This document shows, piece by piece, positions 1-8,200 of a stretch of 37,743 bases of DNA (positions within the stretch are counted from its first letter, which is position 1; each line of letters opens with the position of its first letter). A program made the translations under genes and the position numbers. The notes below the pieces were generated by a model that saw only the letters and a list, made by a program, of their open reading frames with translations, made no database searches and was not told where the DNA came from. The stretch covers positions 1-37,743 of the forward strand of contig CALWKV010000023.1 of assembly GCA_944381355.1 (NCBI GenBank), read 5' to 3'. Source of the stretch: an uncultured Christensenellaceae bacterium (lineage in GTDB: Bacteria; Bacillota; Clostridia; Christensenellales; UBA3700).

Positions 1-644
1 GCTTCAGCTTCAACGTCAAGGGCGGCAGATGCGAGAACTGTCAGGGCGACGGTATTATCAAAATAGAAATGCACTTCCTTTCCGACGTATACGTGCCCTG
101 CGAAGTCTGCGGAGGAAAGAGATACAACCGCGAGACGTTGCAGGTCAAGTACAAGGGCAAGAGCATTTACGACGTGCTGGAAATGACGGTCGGCGAAGCG
201 TGCGAGTTCTTCAGGAACATTCCTCAGATATACAACAAGATCAAGACTCTCGACGACGTAGGACTTTCGTATATCAAACTGGGTCAGCCTGCGACTACTT
301 TGTCGGGCGGCGAGGCACAGCGCGTAAAACTCGCGACAGAGCTTTCCAAGCGCAGTACAGGCAAGACGATTTATATCCTCGACGAGCCGACTACGGGTCT
401 GCACAGCGCGGACGTCAAGAAGCTCATTTCGATATTGCAACGCTTTGTCGAAGGCGGCAATACCGTGGTTGTTATCGAACACAACCTCGACGTGATCAAG
501 GTCGCAGACCATATCATCGATCTGGGGCCCGAAGGCGGCGACGCGGGCGGCACCGTAATAGCTGAAGGCACGCCCGAGCAGGTCGCTGAAAATCCCGTCA
601 GCTTTACCGGACAGTATCTGAGAAAAAAACTCGGAAGGCAGTAA
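1..644 (+). CDS. uvrA: Excinuclease ABC subunit A (3' part, truncated by window start)
   Basis: Frame 3 reads [17 protein letters not shown]...[14 protein letters not shown]...[15 protein letters not shown]...[10 protein letters not shown]...[10 protein letters not shown], the UvrA C-terminal zinc finger and ABC motifs; stop TAA at 642-644. Confidence 0.98.
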   Translation, partial: FSFNVKGGRCENCQGDGIIKIEMHFLSDVYVPCEVCGGKRYNRETLQVKYKGKSIYDVLEMTVGEACEFFRNIPQIYNKIKTLDDVGLSYIKLGQPATTLSGGEAQRVKLATELSKRSTGKTIYILDEPTTGLHSADVKKLISILQRFVEGGNTVVVIEHNLDVIKVADHIIDLGPEGGDAGGTVIAEGTPEQVAENPVSFTGQYLRKKLGRQ

Positions 645-677
645 AAACGGGAAAGCAGATATTTTAAAAGAAAGCCG

Positions 678-706
678 TTGACAAAGGTTCAACGATAAGT
701 TATAAT
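678..706 (+). promoter_or_regulatory. Consensus sigmaA promoter
   Basis: TTGACA (678-683), 17-bp spacer, TATAAT (701-706). No ORF downstream before the terminator at 851-882. Confidence 0.9.
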
Positions 707-721
707 ATCTGTGAAGTGTTG

Positions 722-836
722 AAAACAAACCTGATTCTGGCACCGCCACAGCAGCGGCAGCAAGGCTGAACAGGCAGCCAAAACAACCTGATTCTGGCAC
801 CGCCATAGCAGCGGCAGCAAGGCTGAACAGGCAGCC
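722..836 (+). repeat. Direct tandem repeat, 2 x ~57 nt
   Basis: AAAACA(A)ACCTGATTCTGGCACCGCCA(C/T)AGCAGCGGCAGCAAGGCTGAACAGGCAGCC at 722-779 and 780-836; one substitution and one A indel. Confidence 0.97.
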
Positions 837-850
837 CGAAAATCGACACT

Positions 851-882
851 CGAGGTCGTCCGTAGGACGGCCTTGTTTTTTT
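851..882 (+). terminator. Intrinsic terminator
   Basis: CGAGGTCGTCC-GTA-GGACGGCCTTG hairpin (G-U pairs work on the + strand) followed by a 7-T run. Confidence 0.85.
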
Positions 883-951
883 GTCGACTGCGTTGCGATT
901 TTAAGTTTTTCGCAAAAAGAAAAAGAGCGCATAAGTTTGTGCCCTTTTGCG

Positions 952-1332
952 TTACAGCACGTTTTTCCATTTGTAGGAAAGCAGATTTTTGGAGTTTTCC
1001 GCCATAGCCATGATGACTTCGCAACGCGTGATCGAGTCGTCGTACATTTCGGCTATCTGGGAGCCTTTGAGTTCTCCGATCTCCTTTGCGATGTCTTTGA
1101 TATCCGTGTTGGGGCAGGCGAACTCGAGCAGGTCGCGTTCTTTTCTCCAGTCGTTTTCAACGTGCTCGGTCATTTTCAGCGCTTCATCGTAATCGCCCGA
1201 GAGCAGAAGTTTCTGGATTTCTTCGCAGTCGCTTCTCAGATCGTCGAAAGAGCGGCTGATGAACACCTGCTCGCAAATTCCGAGTGAAAGGATAACAACT
1301 GCAAGTACGACGGCGAGGATTATCTTATTCAT
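952..1332 (-). CDS. DUF4363-family small membrane-anchored protein
   Basis: N-terminal hydrophobic anchor and helical body with W..E..LLEF..P; overlaps the stop of the DUF421 gene, the usual clostridial pairing. AGGAG RBS before ATG 1332. Confidence 0.7.
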   Translation of the reverse strand: MNKIILAVVLAVVILSLGICEQVFISRSFDDLRSDCEEIQKLLLSGDYDEALKMTEHVENDWRKERDLLEFACPNTDIKDIAKEIGELKGSQIAEMYDDSITRCEVIMAMAENSKNLLSYKWKNVL

Positions 1333-2005
1333 TTTCAAGCTCCTTTGCGCTTCCCGTTTCGCACGCGGACTTGATGGGCTGGAGGAAATAATCTCCGCCG
1401 TTTTCCGCCGTCAGCAGGAGCACGTCTTTCGTGCGCAGGCTTTTGCGTTTCAGAAGCGCCAGCACCTTTTCTTCCGACATATCGGCTTTTTTTATGTTGT
1501 TGCTCATCGTCTTGCCTTCGCATATCAGCGTGTAGGGGAGTTTTTCGCGCGCGCTTTGTCCGCTTTCTTTTTTTACGATAGAAATGTCGCCGTTTGTCTC
1601 CGCAATAGCGTACTGTACCTCGGCGGGAGAAAAACAGCCGCCCCCTCTCAACGCTTCCATGAGGTCGCTGACCGTCATGTCGAGAGAGGATATCGCCTTG
1701 TAGTCTATCCCTTGAGGATTCATAACTATCACGGGCTTGCCGTTGACGAGGTTGCGTATCCTGAGAGAATGTTTGACCGCCTTCGTCACTATGAATTCTA
1801 TGATGAACAGCGTGAATATCGGCACTAAGCCGTACAATACGGGCACCTGTGTGTCGGACATGGGTATGCAGGCGAGTTCTGCGACGATAAGCGTTATCGC
1901 AAATTCAAAGGGTTGCAGTTCGCCCAGTTGCTTTTTGCCCATCAGACGCATCGCGATCAGCAGAAACACGTATATGATTATCGCTCTGGTAAATACTGTC
2001 AGCAT
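1325..2005 (-). CDS. DUF421 (YetF-like) membrane protein
   Basis: R..I.Y..LL..MRLMGKKQLGELQPFEF, ING.P.IV and AIAETNGDISI motifs typical of DUF421. Confidence 0.9.
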   Translation of the reverse strand: MLTVFTRAIIIYVFLLIAMRLMGKKQLGELQPFEFAITLIVAELACIPMSDTQVPVLYGLVPIFTLFIIEFIVTKAVKHSLRIRNLVNGKPVIVMNPQGIDYKAISSLDMTVSDLMEALRGGGCFSPAEVQYAIAETNGDISIVKKESGQSAREKLPYTLICEGKTMSNNIKKADMSEEKVLALLKRKSLRTKDVLLLTAENGGDYFLQPIKSACETGSAKELENE

Positions 2006-2010
2006 GATTT

Positions 2011-2039
2011 TAGTCTGCGTAAAAGCGCGCGCTTTATTC
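2011..2039 (-). promoter_or_regulatory. Putative forespore sigma (SigG/SigF-like) promoter of the DUF421 operon
   Basis: Minus strand GAATA-N17-CAGACTA, 5 nt before the ATG, no SD. Confidence 0.45.
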
Positions 2040-2105
2040 TGAAAAGCGGTTTTGTGCTGAGTCTGTGAAAAATCGCACTATTATTGCGCAAATACGTCAA
2101 AAAAG

Positions 2106-2134
2106 ATGACAACGCGGCTGATAGGTGATATAAT
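2106..2134 (+). promoter_or_regulatory. sigmaA promoter of the folate S-component gene
   Basis: ATGACA-N17-TATAAT with extended -10 TG; the predicted start lies just before the riboswitch. Confidence 0.75.
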
Positions 2135-2139
2135 GCAAT

Positions 2140-2236
2140 CAGCAGAGTAAGCACAACGCGTCAAGTGTTGAAGGATGGGATGTCGCCTTCAAACGAAAAT
2201 CCCGCGCGGTTTGCGGTGTTGTGTTGCGTCCGCTGT
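2140..2236 (+). ncRNA. Tetrahydrofolate (THF) riboswitch
   Basis: GCAGAGTA...GCGTCAAGTG...GGATGGGATGTCG...AACGAA...GCGGT...GCGTCCGCTG matches the THF aptamer consensus and lies upstream of a folate-type ECF S component. Confidence 0.93.
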
Positions 2237-2305
2237 AAAATATTATTACCATAAAATTTTATTGCAACGGCTCTGCTGTATCACTATTTTAAGGAGGACT
2301 GCGCT

Positions 2306-3043
2306 ATGAGAAGCAGGACACAGAAAATAGCTGATATGGCAATTTTTATCGCCCTCGGAGTGGTGTTAAATCTTTGTTCATTTCAGTCGTTCGGCACGTA
2401 TCTGGGAAGGATAAGTCTCGTTTATCTCTTTTGTTACCTTTCGGGATTCATTCTTGGACCGTGGCAGGGGTTTGCTGTCGCGTTTATCGCCGATCTTATC
2501 CCCGGGATATTTTTTCCGACGGGACCTTATTCTATAATTATATCGGTCAGCAACGCGACTATGGCGCTTATTGCGGGTTGTTACGGCAGATATACAGACT
2601 GGAAAGTCGTTTGGAAGCTGCTTGCGACTGCGGCGACGTCGTTTGTGGTCTGCACGCTTACTCTCACCGTTATCGGAGAAGTAAACAGCCTGCTGATAAT
2701 CCCTGTCGGAGAGTATGAAGCGGCAAGCCTATACAGTATGTATCCTTATACGCTTGCTAAAGTCATCATCGGCGAGGGGTGGGGAGTGAAAGAGCCTTAT
2801 TTCCAGATGATGCTTGCCAAGGCGATACAGCAACCGCTGTGGATCGTGCTTAATTCTTTGGTTACGTACGTGATTTACGCGAGACTTCAGCCGATACTCA
2901 AAAGGGGCGGCTACGTTGCGTCGGAGGAGCGCAAGAACGCGCAGGGCAACGGGCGTTCGCGTTATGACGGCGTTGTTATCGCGGGTAAACCCGCAGAGGA
3001 AAATCCGCCGTCTGCCTGCGACGGAGTAGTGATCGGCAAGTGA
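2306..3043 (+). CDS. folT: Folate-family ECF transporter S component
   Basis: A.FIAL.VVL...G.ILGP..G..VAFIADLI...FFPTGPY pattern, about 6 TM segments, AAGGAGG RBS, THF riboswitch upstream. Confidence 0.85.
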   Translation: MRSRTQKIADMAIFIALGVVLNLCSFQSFGTYLGRISLVYLFCYLSGFILGPWQGFAVAFIADLIPGIFFPTGPYSIIISVSNATMALIAGCYGRYTDWKVVWKLLATAATSFVVCTLTLTVIGEVNSLLIIPVGEYEAASLYSMYPYTLAKVIIGEGWGVKEPYFQMMLAKAIQQPLWIVLNSLVTYVIYARLQPILKRGGYVASEERKNAQGNGRSRYDGVVIAGKPAEENPPSACDGVVIGK

Positions 3044-3075
3044 CACGATGACAGGCATAGTACCCGTATACAATT

Positions 3076-3102
3076 AAATTCCCCGCGCTATGCGGGGAAT
3101 TT
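3076..3102. terminator. Bidirectional terminator hairpin
   Basis: AAATTCCCCGC-GCTAT-GCGGGGAATTT between convergent genes. Confidence 0.75.
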
Positions 3103-3130
3103 CATAATAAACGTATTTAAAAGTGCGGTA

Positions 3131-4666
3131 TCATTTCGCTCGGCAAGGCGATTTTTCTGCGCTTTTTTTCTTGCGCTTTCCTGACGAAAAGAACTGTATA
3201 TCGTCTTTGGCTATACAGCCGCTTGCCCATACGTAAACGGCATATCCTGCTGTCAGAGCAGAGACCGTTACTGCAAGAGAGAGAATATCGGATATTTCTG
3301 CAAGCAAAGAAGAGAGAGGGGAAAGACACAGCGCGGCAACGGCGCAGAAAGCGTACGCCAGAAGTGCGTGAAACAGCTGTTTTTTGTCGAGTTTCACGTT
3401 CTTTGACAGCGTGGTCAGATTTATCGCAAGGGCAAGAGTATGCGACAGGGTGATCGCAATGAAATAAGCGTATACGCCGACAAACCATACCGTGGAAAAA
3501 AGCGTTGCGAGAAGAAGGGCAAGTCCCGCAGTATGGCTTGCGAAAGTCGCGTTTTCTTTGCCGAGAGAATTGAGGGCGGATACGCAAAGCCCGTTGGCGC
3601 CCATAGGAAGCATCGCTATCGCCGCGACGCAGATATAGCGACCCGCGAGTTCGTCGTCGTAGAGGAGTCGCCCGAGGACAACGCCCGCGCTTGCAAAAAG
3701 CGCAAAGAAAAACCCGCTGGCAACGCATGAAAATTTTATAGATTGAGACAGCGCAGAGCCGATCTTGTTGAGTTCTTTGCCTGCATTGAGAGAGGCGAAT
3801 TCCGGGATTATCACGACCGCGAGCGAGCCTGTTATCGCCGTCGGCGCAAACAGCAAAGGCACGACCATGCCTGTTGCCCTTCCCAGTTCTGCCGTGGCTT
3901 CTCCTGTAGTCAGTCCGCATCCTTTGCAAAGCATCAGAGGCAAAGAGAGAGATATCAGCGTGGAGACAAGGCTTCCGCAAAGTCTGGTTGCTGTCAACGG
4001 AGCAGAGCTTTTGACGACCTGAGAAAAGCCTGACGGTCTGCGCATTCTGCCGCCGCAAACGAAAAACATGGCAATCAGCATTGCAACCACCACGACGTCG
4101 CCCGCGACCATGGCGTAGGCATATGCCTCCTGTACGTTGATTGCCAGAAGCGTACCCGAGAGGAAAAGCACGGAAAATAGTATCTTCGCGATCTCGTCCG
4201 TCAGTTCTGTCGCCGCGTATACGCCGTAATTCTTATTTCCCCAGAACCAGCCGCGCAGACAGGAGTACAGCGCAGTCGTTGCGAGAAGCGGCAGCATTAT
4301 ATAGAAAACGGGCACGCACCTTTCGTCTGAAAAAAGCATTGGTGCAAGCGACGGAAAAGCCGCGAAAACCGCGCACGACAGCAAAGCGAAAGACAGAGAA
4401 AGCGTCGTTGCCGCGCAAAGCAGGGAGTCGCTTTTCGAGCGGCTGTTCAGAGCGCTGTTTTCCGCCACGAGACGAGAAAGAGTCACGGGCACGCCGCTCG
4501 AACTTATGCAGGCGAGCGTTGCAACGACTGATATCGCGATCTGGTAAACGCCCAGTATTTCTGCGCCGAGTACCCTTGACAGGTATATTTTGAATATAAA
4601 AGATATGATCCGAGTGATGGTCGCTGCGGCAGTGACCAGAGCGAACGATCTGAATATTTTTTTCAT
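3131..4666 (-). CDS. SpoVB/MurJ-like polysaccharide flippase (MOP superfamily)
   Basis: ITRIISFIFKIYLSRVLGAEILGVYQ...SSGVPVTLSRLVAE N-terminus typical of the SpoVB family; about 14 TM segments. Confidence 0.85.
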   Translation of the reverse strand: MKKIFRSFALVTAAATITRIISFIFKIYLSRVLGAEILGVYQIAISVVATLACISSSGVPVTLSRLVAENSALNSRSKSDSLLCAATTLSLSFALLSCAVFAAFPSLAPMLFSDERCVPVFYIMLPLLATTALYSCLRGWFWGNKNYGVYAATELTDEIAKILFSVLFLSGTLLAINVQEAYAYAMVAGDVVVVAMLIAMFFVCGGRMRRPSGFSQVVKSSAPLTATRLCGSLVSTLISLSLPLMLCKGCGLTTGEATAELGRATGMVVPLLFAPTAITGSLAVVIIPEFASLNAGKELNKIGSALSQSIKFSCVASGFFFALFASAGVVLGRLLYDDELAGRYICVAAIAMLPMGANGLCVSALNSLGKENATFASHTAGLALLLATLFSTVWFVGVYAYFIAITLSHTLALAINLTTLSKNVKLDKKQLFHALLAYAFCAVAALCLSPLSSLLAEISDILSLAVTVSALTAGYAVYVWASGCIAKDDIQFFSSGKRKKKSAEKSPCRAK

Positions 4667-4731
4667 ATTATATGATATTACTCCGATCGCGGCAATATTT
4701 TAATAACAGGGAAAAACGGGGAGGAAATTTC

Positions 4732-5028
4732 ATGAAAACTGTTTTGTATACGGTCAAGGATGGAGAAAGACTAAGTCAGATAGCCGAAAGATTTCACTCG
4801 GCGGAAGCCGCGATCAGGGCGAAGAACAGTCTCAGAGGAGAGCCGTTTGAAGGAATGAAACTTCTTATTGACGAACAGGAAGCGTTCGGATATACGGTGA
4901 GACCTTTCGACACGGTGGGTGTGATAGCCGCAAAATTCAATACGACAAGCGAAAAGATCAGGGAACTTAACGAAATAGACGAGGTATTTGTCGGGCAGAG
5001 GATACTTGTGCCGTCCGACAGCAGATGA
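4732..5028 (+). CDS. Small protein with two LysM domains
   Basis: YTVKDGERLSQIAERF and YTVRPFDTVGVIAAKFNTT...GQRILVP; GGGGAGG RBS before ATG 4732. Confidence 0.88.
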   Translation: MKTVLYTVKDGERLSQIAERFHSAEAAIRAKNSLRGEPFEGMKLLIDEQEAFGYTVRPFDTVGVIAAKFNTTSEKIRELNEIDEVFVGQRILVPSDSR

Positions 5029-5248
5029 TTTCTTTGACGATATGCAAAGAAGCCGACAAAGCCGATTGTCGGTGCGAATGGCAACTTTGCACATATCGGG
5101 CGCTTTCCTCGCGACGCTCTTACGATGACGCCGCTCTTTTATAGGTCAAGTTCTGCAAAACAGGCGTTGTCGCATTTTTCGCAGAAAAACGAGACATATG
5201 ACCGACATGCGTCAGGAATACCGTGCGAGCAGAGAGGAGCGTGTTGAG

Positions 5249-5282
5249 AAAAAAGACGACTGCGTCTGCAGCCGTCTTTTTT
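5249..5282 (-). terminator. Intrinsic terminator of the large lipoprotein gene
   Basis: Minus strand AAAAAAGACGGCTGC-AGAC-GCAGTCGTCTTTTTT, 15 nt after the stop. Confidence 0.8.
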
Positions 5283-5297
5283 ATTTAAAGAAAAGTA

Positions 5298-8200
5298 TTA
5301 TTTCGTATACTTGTCTTTCTTGCTCTTTGCGGGAGCGTCGGACTGTTTTCTGGAGCCGCTCTTGACGAGCTTCTTGCTCTTCTTGGAGAACTTCCTGAAC
5401 AGCACCACGATCACAGCCACGATGATGAGCGCGCCGAGAACGCCGGAGGAGATCCACAGCCACAGATAATCCGCAGCGGGATTGGTCGGGTCGGTCGGCT
5501 CGGTTTCTTCGGGTTCTTCTTCTGCGTCGGCGTCGTCCTGCGTGAATACGATGCGGTAGTTGTTTGCTACGAGTTCGTCAGCGATCAGCGATTCGTCGAT
5601 CGTATCCTCGGTTTCGCCTTCAACGGGCTTTCTGTCTATGAAGTCTTCTTCGCTTATTTCGTCAACGGTGAAGTTGTCGAAGAACGCATATCCCTTGACG
5701 AAGTTTTCTTCGTCCTCGTATCCGAGCGAAAGCGTCAGAGTAGCGGTCGGGGTGACGTCTGCGTCCGTCTTTACATAGAAGTTGTACTGAGTCCAGCTGC
5801 CAACGGTCTCGGTGCCGTCATCGGCGTAAGTCGAGGTGTTGACTGCGCGCTTGACGTCGTTGTCCTCGGTGCGGGTCAGCTTGCCGAAGGTGTAGCTGAG
5901 GTTGTTCAGCTTGAGAGCGATCGTCGCGCTGTCGTCCTTTTCCAGTCCGTAGGTCAGCACCCATACGCTTATTCTGTAATAGGTGTCGCCCTTGAGGGTC
6001 AGAGAGGACGAGGTGTACTTGTAGGCGTTGGCGTTCTTGTTGTAGATAACGAGTACGTTGTCGCCCACGTTGTTGGTGTCGGTATTGTTGTAGACCGCGT
6101 TGACGATCACGCTGTCTTCAGCGTTGTCGGGGTCGAGGTCGAGGAGAGACCAGTCGCCCTCTTTGCGGTTGAATACGCCTGCAGTCAGATCAACGTCGTC
6201 GGTGCTTGCGTCGTCGTCGATCTTGGCACCCGTCCAGTTGGAGGGAGTGGACGCCGCGCCTTCAGAAGTCGTATAGCTGTCGAAAGAGTCGGTATTGAAA
6301 GATCTCTCAAACACCGTCTTGCCGAGCGAGCCGTCAGAAGTAGCGGCATCGAGAACCGCGTTGTAAGTCATCTCTGACAGAGTGGTGTACGACGCCATCG
6401 TGAAGTATGCGGTCTTGACTTCGCCGGGCAGACCGTTTTCGCTACCTATATAAAGGTTGAGGTTTGCGGAGACGGAAGTCGCGCTGGTCCTGACAAGGAA
6501 GGTGTACTGCTGCCAGTCGGTGCCCATGTCGGTAGCCGTTATCGGAGATACCGAGTAGTTGGCGCTTTTTGTGGTCGTATCGAGAGATACGGTCATGACA
6601 GAGTTGGCTTCCATCTTTGCCCATACGGAAACGAGATAGTAAGAATCCGAGGACAGAGATATCGTGTTGGACTTGTATCCGAAGTAAGCCGCGTCGCCGC
6701 TTATCGCGAGGACGTTGGGGTAGTCGGTCGCGTTGATACCAGCCATATTCATCGAATCGTAGAAAGTAGCTTCGTCAACGGTAAGACCCGCGGCAGCCTT
6801 CTGATCTGCGTTGGTGATATCGAGAACGCCCGCGGTAACGTCGCCGTTCTTAAGAGAATCGGTATTGCTTGCCGTCCAGTTGGTGGGAACGCCGAGCGCG
6901 CCGGTCAGAACGCCGTCTGCATTGTAAACATCGTCGCCGTAGGTCTCCATCGTGGACTTGACGTCAACGTTCTTGAAGTAGCCGTTGGAAGAAACTTCCG
7001 CGCTGCCGCCCGTAGAAGTGAAGGAGTAAGTCTTGAGCACGGTCGAAGTGCTTGCCGACGAATAATCGGACGCGGTGATCTTTTCTACGGTCGCGGTGGA
7101 AACGAACGCGTATCCCATAACGAACGATGAGGAGTCGTTTGCAGTGCCGCTTCCGAGGCTGATGTCGAAGCCTATCTTAGCGGCTTCGGAGCCGGTCTGA
7201 ACGAAGAATCTGATCTCCGTGTAATCGGCGTTGTTGGCGCTCTTGTAGTCGGAGAGATTTTCTGTGTTCAGAGACGAGAAGGTGGACAGAGTTGTCTTGG
7301 AATCTTCAAAATCCTTTTCGTCGTCGTAACTGACGAGAGAGACCGTCAGACCGGAAGAACTGTCGATGTCCTTTGTCTTTATCCACATCGTAAACGTGTA
7401 ATAAGAGTTGGGCAGTACCGTGTAAGAACCGTCGCTGACCGTACCGTCCTCTTTTTCATATATATTTGAAAGAGTATAGACGGAGGGCAGATAGTTGTTG
7501 ATCACGAGCACAGAGGTCGCGAGAGAAGTCGGGGTCTCGGGGTTGTCGATAGAGGAGTAGCTGCCGTTTGCCCAGTTTGCCGTGTCGACTACGCCGAAAG
7601 AGCTTCTTCCGGTGATAGCGTCCTCGCCGCCCGCTTCGCCGAAGTTGGCGAGATTGAGCAGAGAGTCTGCGGTCAGCTCGCTTGCAAAGCTGTGTTTGAA
7701 TACCGTCTCGCTCTCGGTAGCCGCGGCAAATTCTTCAGCGGTAATTTCGGTGAGACTCATATCGTCTGCAAAGAAGATGCCTTGTACGTGCGTGGAAGTG
7801 TCGTCTGCACCGCCTTCGCCCAGCCAGAACTCAAGGTATACGTCCTGATATCTGAACTGATTGGATTCTACGTAAATGTCGATCTGTTTCCATTCGCCTG
7901 CGGTGTTGATGTTTTCAGCCGCAAAATATACCGTGGAATCTGTCGTGCCGTCTGTCAGTTTTATCGACATGCCTTTGCTCTGATCGGCGATGACCGTTCT
8001 CACCCAGATGCTGAGCCTGTAATATTCTTCGCCGCCGATGAAGCGCGTCGCAACCGTGCTTCTTATGCCGTAGGCGGTCGCTTTCTTGTTCTGCTGATAA
8101 TATATCCTGCCCTGAGAGCCGTCGTGCGTCGTGACAGCTATGTCGGTAGCCGACGCGCTGTCGGTCACGGTAGCGGTCTCCGCGGTCTTGAGGATGCCTT

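Larger units (their letters stand above)
713..882 (+). ncRNA. Putative structured small RNA with two tandem 57-nt domains
   Basis: Bounded by a perfect promoter and an intrinsic terminator. AGTGTTGA (715-722) pairs with TCGACACT (843-850), enclosing two repeats. No convincing ORF or SD on this strand. Confidence 0.7.

Noticed and set aside
722-836. CRISPR array interpretation of the tandem repeat
   Set aside because: Only two adjacent 57-nt units, no unique spacers and no cas genes.
689-1024. 111-aa minus-strand ORF containing a duplicated AACSALLPLLWRCQNQV peptide
   Set aside because: Overlaps the DUF4363 gene and runs antisense through a promoter and terminator; the 57-nt period preserves frame, probably by coincidence. 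No RBS seen.
883-1287. Type III toxin gene downstream of the repeat RNA
   Set aside because: The only + strand ORFs are antisense shadows of the DUF4363 gene; no ToxN/TenpN/CptN-like ORF is present.
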